From Promethearchaeota archaeon (lineage in GTDB: Archaea > Asgardarchaeota > Lokiarchaeia > Sigyniarchaeales > SOKP01), in contig JAUWZT010000001.1 of assembly GCA_030615145.1 (NCBI GenBank), positions 1-36,839 of the forward strand: a stretch of 36,839 nucleotides of DNA, given 5' to 3'. Numbering within the stretch: the stretch's first letter is position 1; each line of letters begins with the position of its first letter. The translations under genes were made by a program, and so were the position numbers. Shown piece by piece: positions 9,038-18,400 of this stretch. The notes under the pieces are model-generated. The model saw only the letters and a list, made by a program, of their open reading frames with translations. It did no database searches and was not told the origin of the DNA.

Positions 9038-12000
9038 TTAACTTTCTCTCAATTTTGTTAGCATTTCGCATATTATTGGGTCTTGCGACATCTCACATCG
9101 AATTTTTAATAGCGTTATTACTCTTTTTTTTATTTTTTCATCTTTATATCTAATAGTGCGTCCTAGTATTATTGCGATCGATTGTTGTGTTTGAATTGAA
9201 TATTCATCACTTAAACTTTTCAATAGTTTAGAAAGTACTTTAGAAATACCAATTTCTTGTATAATTTTAACCATAACATCTACAGTAGTGTTTCTTACAT
9301 CCCCGCTTTCATCACCTAACAGTGAAATTACGCTACTAAAGATTCTATCAATATTTTCAAAGCTGTATATTTTTAATAAATTAGCTGCTCCCTCTCTAAC
9401 CTTGGAGTCTTTATTTAATAAATTCTCTGAAACTTTTTCAAAGGGGATTTGAGTTTCCGTAATTCCTTCTACTGATGAAAGAATGTTCATGGAAGAACGA
9501 CGAACCCAACTTTTATCGTCGTCTAATAAAGAAACAAGTTTTTCAATAATAGTCTCCTTGTTATCGACAGCTTTAAATATTTTTCCCAAACTTGCTACGG
9601 CTGCATCCCTAACTATCCACTCTTTGTCAACCAACGCTTTATTTATCAAAGCATCAGCAGTAGCGAAAGAGAGTTTCTGACCAATGTATCCTAATATTTT
9701 CACGCTTGTTTCCCTTATAAATGAATCTTCATCTGAAAGAAAATTTATAGTAAGGCGCACCGGAATAAGATCTGGTAATTGTTTTGATATTTCTAACATT
9801 GATTTAGTTAAAATTATTCTTATAGATATATCCTGTTTTGTTATGGTCTGTAATAAATCAGTCATTACCGATTGTAATGCTAAAGGATTAATTTTTGAAA
9901 TTTTTAAAATTAGTTGGGATACTTCTTTCTTAATTTTTTTATCGTTTTCACTTCGAATTAAAGATATTATTGATTTCATATCGATTTTATCCATGTAATC
10001 TTCTATTAATCCATCCAAAGAAGCAATAACATTTAATTTTATATCTTTATCATCGGAACCTAAATGATTAATTAATCTTGGTATTATTTCCTTAGGATGT
10101 TGTTTAGCAACTTTAGTTATCGTTCTAGAAATTACGCCTTTTGAGATATATTTTGATTCGTCCTTAGTTCTTATTAACCTTTCTAAAACTAACGTTGGGT
10201 TTTTTTCATAATTCTCAACGATTATATTTGAGATTCTTTCTTTTAATTCAAAATCATCAAATTTTATAAAAATCAAGAAAGTCATTAATATTTTTTCTGG
10301 ATTTTTGTCCCAAAGTTTACCAAGGAGAGTTAACACGCTGTTCAAAGATTTTAGATTTTCAGAGTCAATTTTACTGATAATCTTATCTATGTCAATGGAG
10401 TCAGGTTCTTCACTATAATACTTTACAAGAGCTGAAACAGATGCGTTCCTAACGCTTATATCTGAATCAACTAATCCTTCAAAAATGGTCGAAATAGGAA
10501 TATTAAATTTTCTGAAGTTCCCCATTTTAGAAATTACTTCAAATATAGATGCTCTAACAGAGCTCGTAGGGTCTCTCATAAAGGGAATTATTTTATTAAT
10601 AATTTCGGAGTCAATCTTTTCAACCTCTATATTCTTTATATTTTTAATGGCTGCGGCTCTAATTTCTTTATTGGTATGATTTAATTTATCTAAAAATGTT
10701 TCAATAGGAATATTAAGTGAAGATTCTGCTAAAAGGTTAAGAAGTTCCACTTGAATAGCGCTGTTTGGATCGTTTAAAAATTTCATCAAATCAAAATTTC
10801 GTACTACTTCTTTTTCTTTTTGAGCAATTCTTATCAAGAATTTTAATCCTAATAACTTTAATCTCCACTCTGAATCATTTACTAAGTTATATATAACAAT
10901 TATAGGAATTAGTTTAATTAAAGCAAAATCAGCATTTATTAAGGATTTTGCAATAGGAATACTTTTGTCGTAATTTGGAGATTCTAAAGATTCTATAATC
11001 CAAGGCAATACCATATTTGGAACTTCCTTCTCTAATTTAGTCAAAATTTCGAACGAGATCTTTCTTGAATTCGAGTTTGAGTCGCATAATCCGTCTAATA
11101 AGGAATTTTTAAATTTCCAATCATTTAAGGAGATTTCTGACTTCAAAGGAATCCTTTCAAACATCATCAAGAGCGTGCTTTCTGCGTGCTCTCTTAGTAC
11201 AGGATCAGAATGTTTGATAAAATTAAACAGTGGGATGGGATCAAAAGTTTGACCATACTCCGTAATTTTTGAGTATTTAAGATTTTTAGTAAACTCATTT
11301 TTTTTTGATAAGAAGTAATAAGATGTAAATGTGATTATACAAATTTCTTCGATTACTGCCGCCCAAGCAAACGTAGTAAAATTTGGAATAATTTCTTGTG
11401 TGATAATCGAATAACTTAAAGTCACCGATAATTTGTCGATATTCACTATTAAAAAATTTACTAAAACATTGAGACCAATTGCGGCCATTAAATACGCTGC
11501 AAAATATATATCAATTCCTCTATATTTAATTTTTCTACCCCAAAATCGAGTAAAGTATCCTATTATGCCAAACAATAGAGTAACAAACACAAAATACGAG
11601 GTCATCGTAGATATTGCTAGTGATCCAGAAAAAAAGAATATTATCGTTTGAACCATAGAAATCCAAGCCCACACAAAAACGAACAACATTAAACCGAATA
11701 GTATATACGGTTTAGGATTTGATATAAATTGTTTCATACCTCTTTTGCTATCTTCAAAATTTAAAAACGAAGATCTTTTAATTTCAGGGATATGAACGAA
11801 CTCGTTTGTTATTCCAGCTACATAGCCTTTCGAGCCATAAAATGATAAAATCATAAGGGGGTAGGCAAGTAACCAAGAAACCCAGATTACTAAAAAAGGT
11901 AATCCCGCAAGAGAAAGAATCATTGGAGGGATAATAAAGAGTAAATAAAGAAGAATTGCCATAATTACAGAAATAATCTTGCTTTTAGATAAATGAATAA

Positions 12001-12385
12001 TTTTATTCCCAATAAATTTATGAAATGGAGTAAGCCCCTCGTCAGATTCTGAACTTAAAGCAATAAATAAGAAATCTATAAGAGGGTATAAAGAAATATA
12101 CATCAAACAAAACACAAATGGGATAAGTAAAGAAAGAGGACTAATATCTGGGGGCGTTAATACGCTTCCTTGCCAAAACGCAGGAGTTTCTATGGCAAAT
12201 ATAAAAGCCATCGCGATTACAACCATAACTCCCATGCTAAAGACAAATCCGTAAATTAAGCATTGAAGGCGATCCTTGCTGTTAAACTCCCCTTTTTTAA
12301 CTAAACTAACTTGTTTGTAAATTATTATGAACCCAATAATGAAAAAAATTATAAAAAGGAGAAAAAGGATAAGTTCTGTAAGCAT
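9038..12385 (-). CDS. Polytopic membrane domain (about 380 aa) fused to a long HEAT/PBS-lyase-type repeat solenoid (about 730 aa)
   Basis: The N-terminal third is a run of hydrophobic helices. The remainder holds at least 10 repeats with the D-x-x-x-x-V/I-R-x-x-A/S signature: DPNSAIQVE, NKEIRAAAIKN, DPTSSVRASI, DSDISVRNASV, DEDSFIRETSV, DKEWIVRDAAV, DDKSWVRRSSM, NKDSKVREGAA, DESGDVRNTTV. Confidence 0.8.
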   Translation of the reverse strand: MLTELILFLLFIIFFIIGFIIIYKQVSLVKKGEFNSKDRLQCLIYGFVFSMGVMVVIAMAFIFAIETPAFWQGSVLTPPDISPLSLLIPFVFCLMYISLYPLIDFLFIALSSESDEGLTPFHKFIGNKIIHLSKSKIISVIMAILLYLLFIIPPMILSLAGLPFLVIWVSWLLAYPLMILSFYGSKGYVAGITNEFVHIPEIKRSSFLNFEDSKRGMKQFISNPKPYILFGLMLFVFVWAWISMVQTIIFFFSGSLAISTMTSYFVFVTLLFGIIGYFTRFWGRKIKYRGIDIYFAAYLMAAIGLNVLVNFLIVNIDKLSVTLSYSIITQEIIPNFTTFAWAAVIEEICIITFTSYYFLSKKNEFTKNLKYSKITEYGQTFDPIPLFNFIKHSDPVLREHAESTLLMMFERIPLKSEISLNDWKFKNSLLDGLCDSNSNSRKISFEILTKLEKEVPNMVLPWIIESLESPNYDKSIPIAKSLINADFALIKLIPIIVIYNLVNDSEWRLKLLGLKFLIRIAQKEKEVVRNFDLMKFLNDPNSAIQVELLNLLAESSLNIPIETFLDKLNHTNKEIRAAAIKNIKNIEVEKIDSEIINKIIPFMRDPTSSVRASIFEVISKMGNFRKFNIPISTIFEGLVDSDISVRNASVSALVKYYSEEPDSIDIDKIISKIDSENLKSLNSVLTLLGKLWDKNPEKILMTFLIFIKFDDFELKERISNIIVENYEKNPTLVLERLIRTKDESKYISKGVISRTITKVAKQHPKEIIPRLINHLGSDDKDIKLNVIASLDGLIEDYMDKIDMKSIISLIRSENDKKIKKEVSQLILKISKINPLALQSVMTDLLQTITKQDISIRIILTKSMLEISKQLPDLIPVRLTINFLSDEDSFIRETSVKILGYIGQKLSFATADALINKALVDKEWIVRDAAVASLGKIFKAVDNKETIIEKLVSLLDDDKSWVRRSSMNILSSVEGITETQIPFEKVSENLLNKDSKVREGAANLLKIYSFENIDRIFSSVISLLGDESGDVRNTTVDVMVKIIQEIGISKVLSKLLKSLSDEYSIQTQQSIAIILGRTIRYKDEKIKKRVITLLKIRCEMSQDPIICEMLTKLRES

Positions 12386-12484
12386 TATTAATGATTTAAT
12401 ACATTTATATTTCTGTTGTTTACATATATTTAATATATAAAGGAATTGAATGTTATTAAATTAGCTTTATGGTGTAGGTAAAAA

Positions 12485-13045
12485 TTGGAAAAAATTGAAG
12501 ATCAATTAAAGGATTCGTTAAATCGGGTAAATTTTATTTTTAAAAATAAGGAAATAACTACCGAATGCATAAATGCTTACGACGGTTTTTCAATATTAGG
12601 AGAAGCGTTCGGACCGTTCGAAAAAAGTAAAAAATACAAACTAAAGTATTTTGTAGCGCTTCCTTTTATAAAAAATAATATTATGAAGATTTCATCAAAC
12701 GAAAAGTGTGATAATGTTGACGTTCAAAGATACGCTATTAGTGAACGCGACGATCAGAGATTAATCCAACAAGACAATCCTTATTTTCTAAATAAAATAA
12801 AAGAATTTAAAACGTTCATTGAAAAAGATGTATATGATAAAAATAAACCGAAGGTAGGTTTAGACCGATTTAAATCTTTTTCCATAAATATTATTGATAG
12901 TAGGTTGTTAAAAATGCTAAGATTAGCGAGATCAGAATTATCTGTAGATGATGAGCGTAAGTTAACTAACTCTGAAAAATTACTCTATAGAAAGCTAAGT
13001 GAGCTTATTAAAGTATGGAGAGCGTTCTTTTTAAGTTTTAATTAA
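12485..13045 (+). CDS. GINS23-like (Psf2/Psf3-type) replisome subunit, candidate
   Basis: The domain order is B then A. The N-terminal segment FSILGEAFGPFEKSKKYKLKYFVALPFIKNNIMKI resembles the Psf2 core ([33 protein letters not shown]). The C-terminal helical part has NPYF..., IIDSRLLKMLRLA (D-x-R-x-x-K) and LTNSEKLLYRKLSELIKVWRAFF. The gene lies 3.6 kb from mcm. The start is TTG. Confidence 0.55.
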   Translation: MEKIEDQLKDSLNRVNFIFKNKEITTECINAYDGFSILGEAFGPFEKSKKYKLKYFVALPFIKNNIMKISSNEKCDNVDVQRYAISERDDQRLIQQDNPYFLNKIKEFKTFIEKDVYDKNKPKVGLDRFKSFSINIIDSRLLKMLRLARSELSVDDERKLTNSEKLLYRKLSELIKVWRAFFLSFN

Positions 13046-13084
13046 ATTAGATAATAATTAACTTTTATTTGTTTGAATTTTACG

Positions 13085-13759
13085 CTAAAATTTGATTTCT
13101 TTTGAACCGTATTTCTTAAAATAATTTTTAATATGACTTTTTATAGTTTCATTTGGGTTTAGATTTGGCAATAAATCTAAAGCATCGCTCATTGCAAAAT
13201 ATTGAATATTTTTTTGCTTGATAGCTTCTTCGACAGTTCTTCCATCGTCTCTTAATTCATTTCTGTTAGTTAATCCGATAGCGGCTATTATATTTACATT
13301 AAAATCAAGCAAATTGTCAATCGTTTTAAGTAAAGATCCTCCAGTAGTTGTAGTATCTTCCACGATTATCACCCTCCCTTTAGGAATTCCTAAAAAGAAT
13401 TTATCTTTAGGGTCCCCGTGTTCTTTTGGTTTTGCTCTTCCCATGGAAAGAATATATTTACCGGGTGTTAGTTTATTATCCCTAATTGCCCATTTAAATT
13501 GAGTTAATACTCCTAGCTTTGTAGCACCTTCTGGAACGCCATAAAAACAATCTGGTTTAAGGTTTCGATGCTTAACATATGAAATAAGAAAATCAGTTAA
13601 TATATCAAATAGAAACACATCTTCAGCTATATTTCTCCAATTTACATACCAGTATGATTTTCTTCCAGACTTTAAAGTTATTGGCTCGTCAAAAAATCCT
13701 ATTACATTGTTTTGTATGATAAATTTGTAAAACTCTTTTTTTTCTAATTCCCAACTCAT
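13085..13759 (-). CDS. pyrE: Orotate phosphoribosyltransferase (type I PRTase)
   Basis: PRPP loop VIIVEDTTTTGGS. The N-terminal ITLKSGRKSYWYVN is equivalent to E. coli PyrE FTLKSGRKSPYFFN. KPKEHGD is equivalent to KDHGEGG. The length of 224 aa fits. Confidence 0.75.
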   Translation of the reverse strand: MSWELEKKEFYKFIIQNNVIGFFDEPITLKSGRKSYWYVNWRNIAEDVFLFDILTDFLISYVKHRNLKPDCFYGVPEGATKLGVLTQFKWAIRDNKLTPGKYILSMGRAKPKEHGDPKDKFFLGIPKGRVIIVEDTTTTGGSLLKTIDNLLDFNVNIIAAIGLTNRNELRDDGRTVEEAIKQKNIQYFAMSDALDLLPNLNPNETIKSHIKNYFKKYGSKEIKF

Positions 13760-13770
13760 AAAAAATCAAA

Positions 13771-14289
13771 CTATTCTTTTAAAATCAAATACTCTTTTCG
13801 AGCGTTAGCATACTCTTCTCCACTTATCTTTCCATCTAAGAATTCTTTTTCTCTTTCTTGCATAACTTTTCTTTTCTCAGCTAATCTCTTTCTTCTTTCT
13901 GCTTTAGCAAAACTTTCCAAAATTGAGTTACTAAGTTTTCTTATTTCCTTGTTATCCTTTTTTACTAATTTCTCTACATATGGCTTTATTGGTTTAACCA
14001 AATCAATTTTCTTTTTAGCTAATTCATCAATTCTAACGAGTGCTTTATTTGTTTCTTCAAAATTATCACCATCAAGAACTTTAATTAGCCCTGGAAGAGC
14101 AACATCTTTAAGAACTTCGTCAAGATATTGCTCAATTTCTTTCTTTAATTTTGAACCTTCGTAAGTCTTTAATTGATTATTACGTATGTACTCGATAAAA
14201 ATAAGAGGTAATTCTATTGGCCACTCCTTCATTTTTTCTTTGTCTATTAGTTGTACTATCCCACCATCTTTTTTGTTAAAAATCTTCAT
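13771..14289 (-). CDS. Hypothetical 172-aa protein, HEAT-like repeat plus K/R/E helix plus SHOCT-like C-terminus; translationally coupled to top6A
   Basis: Its ATG overlaps the top6A TAA by 1 nt (TAATG). LPGLIKVLDGDNFEETNKALVRIDELAKKK resembles a HEAT/PBS-type repeat. The C-terminal EFLDGKISGEEYANARKEYL resembles a SHOCT motif. Confidence 0.7.
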   Translation of the reverse strand: MKIFNKKDGGIVQLIDKEKMKEWPIELPLIFIEYIRNNQLKTYEGSKLKKEIEQYLDEVLKDVALPGLIKVLDGDNFEETNKALVRIDELAKKKIDLVKPIKPYVEKLVKKDNKEIRKLSNSILESFAKAERRKRLAEKRKVMQEREKEFLDGKISGEEYANARKEYLILKE

Positions 14290-15482
14290 TATATCCAGTC
14301 TCCTGTAGATAATTTTTCAGGTATGTATTGATCGGTCAAGAATTCAAATCCAAATGCTGAAAGTGCTTGAATTTCTGCTTTTACCTTCAATTTCAAAGCT
14401 AATTTGAGATCTGTTTCCCACTCTTTATTTTTTTTAACAAAACCTTCATTTAATAACTCTTTAGTCCTTTTAATATCTGTTTGATTCATTGGAATTCTAC
14501 AATCATTTGGAATTTTATATTTTTCCAAATCTCTGGTGAGTACACCTAGGAGTTTTATATCTGGAGTGGCTAAAAATGGCGACTCGTAACTTAATCGTTT
14601 AGACCCTCGTAAATAAACCGAATGAATATAATGCCCATACGGATCACTGTCAACTAACGAAAAGACGGGTAATTTGAGTTCCTTACTAATTCTCCTTAAG
14701 AACATTCGAGTAGCGATGTCAGCAGCTCCCTTCGCTGTTAAAATTATACACGGGTATTTTCTCCAAAATCTTGCCTCTGCTAATCTTATCATCGCGGCAT
14801 CTTTTTCTAAAACCAAAATAAATTCCGCATCGGATTCAATTATTTCAATATTATCAAGCATGGGACTAATCGTCCAACCTCCGCTCCCTAATCCTTCTAA
14901 ATCAATAATATCATTTTTATCCCTAATTCGAAGACGTCCTATACATGACCCTTTGGCTGAAGCAACTATATGTGTTGAATTTCTCGTTGTATATAGCATT
15001 GTCGCGACATCTTCAATACATTTATCACTATTTTTTTGATCCCCAAACAATTGAACTGCTGAATAAAAAATTTCTCTTTTTGTAGCGTGAAGGTCTTTAA
15101 GTAGTAATTCGTTAATTTTTTCAAGCACTTTCATTAATCTAGTAATATCAGCAACGCTAGCAAGCGAATGAAATTGTTTTTCCATTATTTGTCGTCCTAA
15201 CAGCAATAAATCATTTTTTTCGTCCCAAATAATATTTGCACTCGTTCTTGAAGGTAAGCGAATGGCGGGTCTTCCTGTTTCATAAATCATTTCAATAAGG
15301 GAATCTGTTAAATTATTTATCCGATCTAAAGTTAATTCCCTATCTAATTCATCAATTTTAACTGTATGTTCGGGTAACTTGATTTGTTTTTTTTCATCTT
15401 CAAGACCCTTTTTTAAAGATTCTTGAAATAGTTTTTTTGTTGCCCTTATATCCCATTTTTCCTGTTTTATCTTACTTGACAC
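14289..15482 (-). CDS. top6A: DNA topoisomerase VI subunit A (Spo11 homolog)
   Basis: The 5Y-CAP region TKREIFYSAVQLFGDQ holds the catalytic Tyr context. The Toprim acidic cluster is FSLVDSDPYGHYI and LVLEKDA. Size is 397 aa. A GTG start is preceded by an SD-like AGTGAT, 10 nt after the top6B stop. Confidence 0.95.
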   Translation of the reverse strand: MSSKIKQEKWDIRATKKLFQESLKKGLEDEKKQIKLPEHTVKIDELDRELTLDRINNLTDSLIEMIYETGRPAIRLPSRTSANIIWDEKNDLLLLGRQIMEKQFHSLASVADITRLMKVLEKINELLLKDLHATKREIFYSAVQLFGDQKNSDKCIEDVATMLYTTRNSTHIVASAKGSCIGRLRIRDKNDIIDLEGLGSGGWTISPMLDNIEIIESDAEFILVLEKDAAMIRLAEARFWRKYPCIILTAKGAADIATRMFLRRISKELKLPVFSLVDSDPYGHYIHSVYLRGSKRLSYESPFLATPDIKLLGVLTRDLEKYKIPNDCRIPMNQTDIKRTKELLNEGFVKKNKEWETDLKLALKLKVKAEIQALSAFGFEFLTDQYIPEKLSTGDWI

Positions 15483-15492
15483 TTAAATCACT

Positions 15493-18400
15493 TCATTTTA
15501 ACTTCCAATTTTTTTTATTTTTTATAATAGAGACAACAATACTATTTTTACGCTCTAACTCCTTTAATTTTATTTGTAAGAAGCGTGCATCCATCATTTC
15601 TTTTATTTTCATTTTAAAAATTAAAGAAGTAATCGGTTGCCATTCATCAGATAGAGCGTCCAGTATTTTCTCTGTTGTAATTATCGGCAATTCGATTTGA
15701 GTAGGTTCAGGTTTAGGCGCTGGAGCACGAACTATGGGTTTCTTTATAGCGATAGGTTGAGTCGTCTCTTCACCCCCGACTAACCGCAATTGTTTTCTTT
15801 TTTCTGGTACGACTCTTGTAATGACGGGTTTGAGTTTTATAAACTCTTCTCTTTCCTTTACTAAAGGCGTTATTACTTCTGGCTTTTCTTTTGTATAAAA
15901 ATCTTGAATTATTTTAATAATTTCTGATTTTCGCACCGTTGAAGATTTAGCTATTAAGATATCCTTTTCTATGCAATATTCTTTGAGTTCATTAACGGTC
16001 CAGTTCCTTAGAGTTCTTTCTGAAAGAAATTCTTTTCTTGGTTCTGCCTTCTTGGAGATATATTCTTTCTTATCAATTGTTTTCTCCCATTCAACGACTA
16101 TTTTCTTCTGTTTTTCTTTTTCGATTTCTTCCTTTTTAATTGTTGGCTCTATCTCTTTAGAAATGCTAGGTATTTTTTTAACACCTATAGCATCTTTCAT
16201 TAAAGTTTCTAATTCCGTTTCTGAAATTTTTTCTTTATATTTTCCATCACTCTGCATAGCGATGTTATAGAGGCTTTGGACGAATATTGGAATGTATCTT
16301 TCAATTAAACCAGCTCTTTTTTCGATTTTTCGAATATTCGCTCTTCTATTAAGATATATTCTCAACCTTCTTCCAATAGCTTCGAGACAATATTTAATTT
16401 CTTTTAGAAGTTCTTCGTCGTCAGCCAAAGCATTTTTACTCTGACTCTTAAACATCAAATGAACATAAGGACCAGAAATATTTATTAATAACTTTATTGG
16501 GCCTTTAGGTAAATTATTATCATATGTTTCTAATTTATAATTCTTCCAATTAACTGATTGAACGGCTTTCGTAATTGCACAATCCGCAGAATCTCTTAAT
16601 TTTGGCGTTCTATTAATAAATCTTGATAGAACATCTCTAGAACGCTTAGGTGTATCAAGTTTTTTAGGATCATTACAATAAGCCAAAACAGCTTCCACAG
16701 CATATGCTAAGCCCTTACCGCTTGTTGGAGCTCTTGTTTCTGCAGAAATAAAATCGTCGTCCTTAGTGTAACTTTCCATAAAATATTCAAATATTTCTTG
16801 ATATGAATCTTTTTCGACTTCTTCAGATGATATAAAATTTTTTTGGATTGTTTGTCTAAATTTTTCCGGTTCGACAGAGCGATCTTTAATATCAATACTA
16901 GCTAATATCTTTGAGTTAAAAATTTTAACCTCTTCGGAATTTACAACAATTTTTTCTAAAGATTCGTCCTTTCCGGAGGATAAATTTTTGGCATTCTTTT
17001 TTATTATTTCATCCCGCATTCCCTCAATTGAATCTTTTATGTCATCTATGGGATCATCAAAATCGTCAATATTTGTAGATATTTTTAACCCAATTTCTTT
17101 TATTAATGTATTTTCTAATACAACATCACCTACAGGGATTGCTGTGTCTGTTGGGGGCGCCATATATTTGACTGATTTGAATGCATGAAATAGAGAATTG
17201 AATTGCACATTAGTTAACTCAGAGGGTTTAATTTTTGAAATTTGAACTTCTTTTACTAAATCTTCAAATTCACTTCTATTTTTTAATTTTTTAACTTCTA
17301 CCAACCCTATAGAAGTATTGAAAATAGTATTTAAACCATTTTTTATTTTTTCTTTATTTTGTGAATTGTTCTCTATTTGTTTTAATAAGTTATTAATCTC
17401 TTTTTCGATTTTTTTTATATCTTTTTTCGTTTCAGATTTATCAATACGATGTCTATGTTTTTTTATTTCTCTATATATTTTTTCTAAATCTTTTTCATAT
17501 TGGTTATATTTTTTCATAAGTTCCCAATATTTAGCCTTCAACTCTTCAGAATCAACTTGATAAATGATTAATTTATCTCTTGGTTTCGTAGATCGCCCAA
17601 ATATTCTCTTTTCAAATTTAAGGAAATTAATAGTATCAGTATTTTTCTTTAATTTGTTTACAAATCCATTATTAAGAATTAATAAAGATAAAATATCTTG
17701 TAAATTCCTTTCTGCGATCTTCAGAATTTCTTTAGCTAATTTGGAACTAATTCTTACAAAACTATCTTGTAAAAAAGCTGATATCGTGAGTTTTTCTGAT
17801 TTTATTAAAAGATCTTGTAAATCACCAATATTAGTAGATAAAGGGTGTGGTTTTGCATATTTTGGCTGTTTAGGAAAACTTGAAACTACCCTTCTATAAA
17901 TCCATTCTTCACCATAAGGATCAATAAAAATAATAGTTACATGCGGATTCATTAAAGCAGTTTCTCTAATAAATGTATCCACATAACCTCTAACATATTT
18001 CACGTTTAAATAATTCAACTTAATATATGTCCCGTGTAAGAATGGGCTGTCAACCTCCGTTGGGCGCACTAAATATCGTTTTTCATTTTTTGAAGTTGTA
18101 AAAAATTCTGACGCGGTAGCATAAATAGTATCTTTAGACTTTGAAACTGCAACAACTGGTTTGCCAGTCGTGTTTTGGGCGTCACTAAACGCACTTGGAG
18201 CGCCAAATCCTTGGCTTCCACGAGTTTGCTTTAATTCTAGACTTTTTGAAGAAGCTAGATATTTTCCAAACTTACCTAGATCTCTTCTGGTCATTCCAAT
18301 ACCATTATCAAACATTTCAAAAGTGTAACTCATGATATTTTTTTGCGATAATTCAGAAGTTAAAAAGGCGGCGGCTTCAGATTCGCGGAGTCGGATTATT

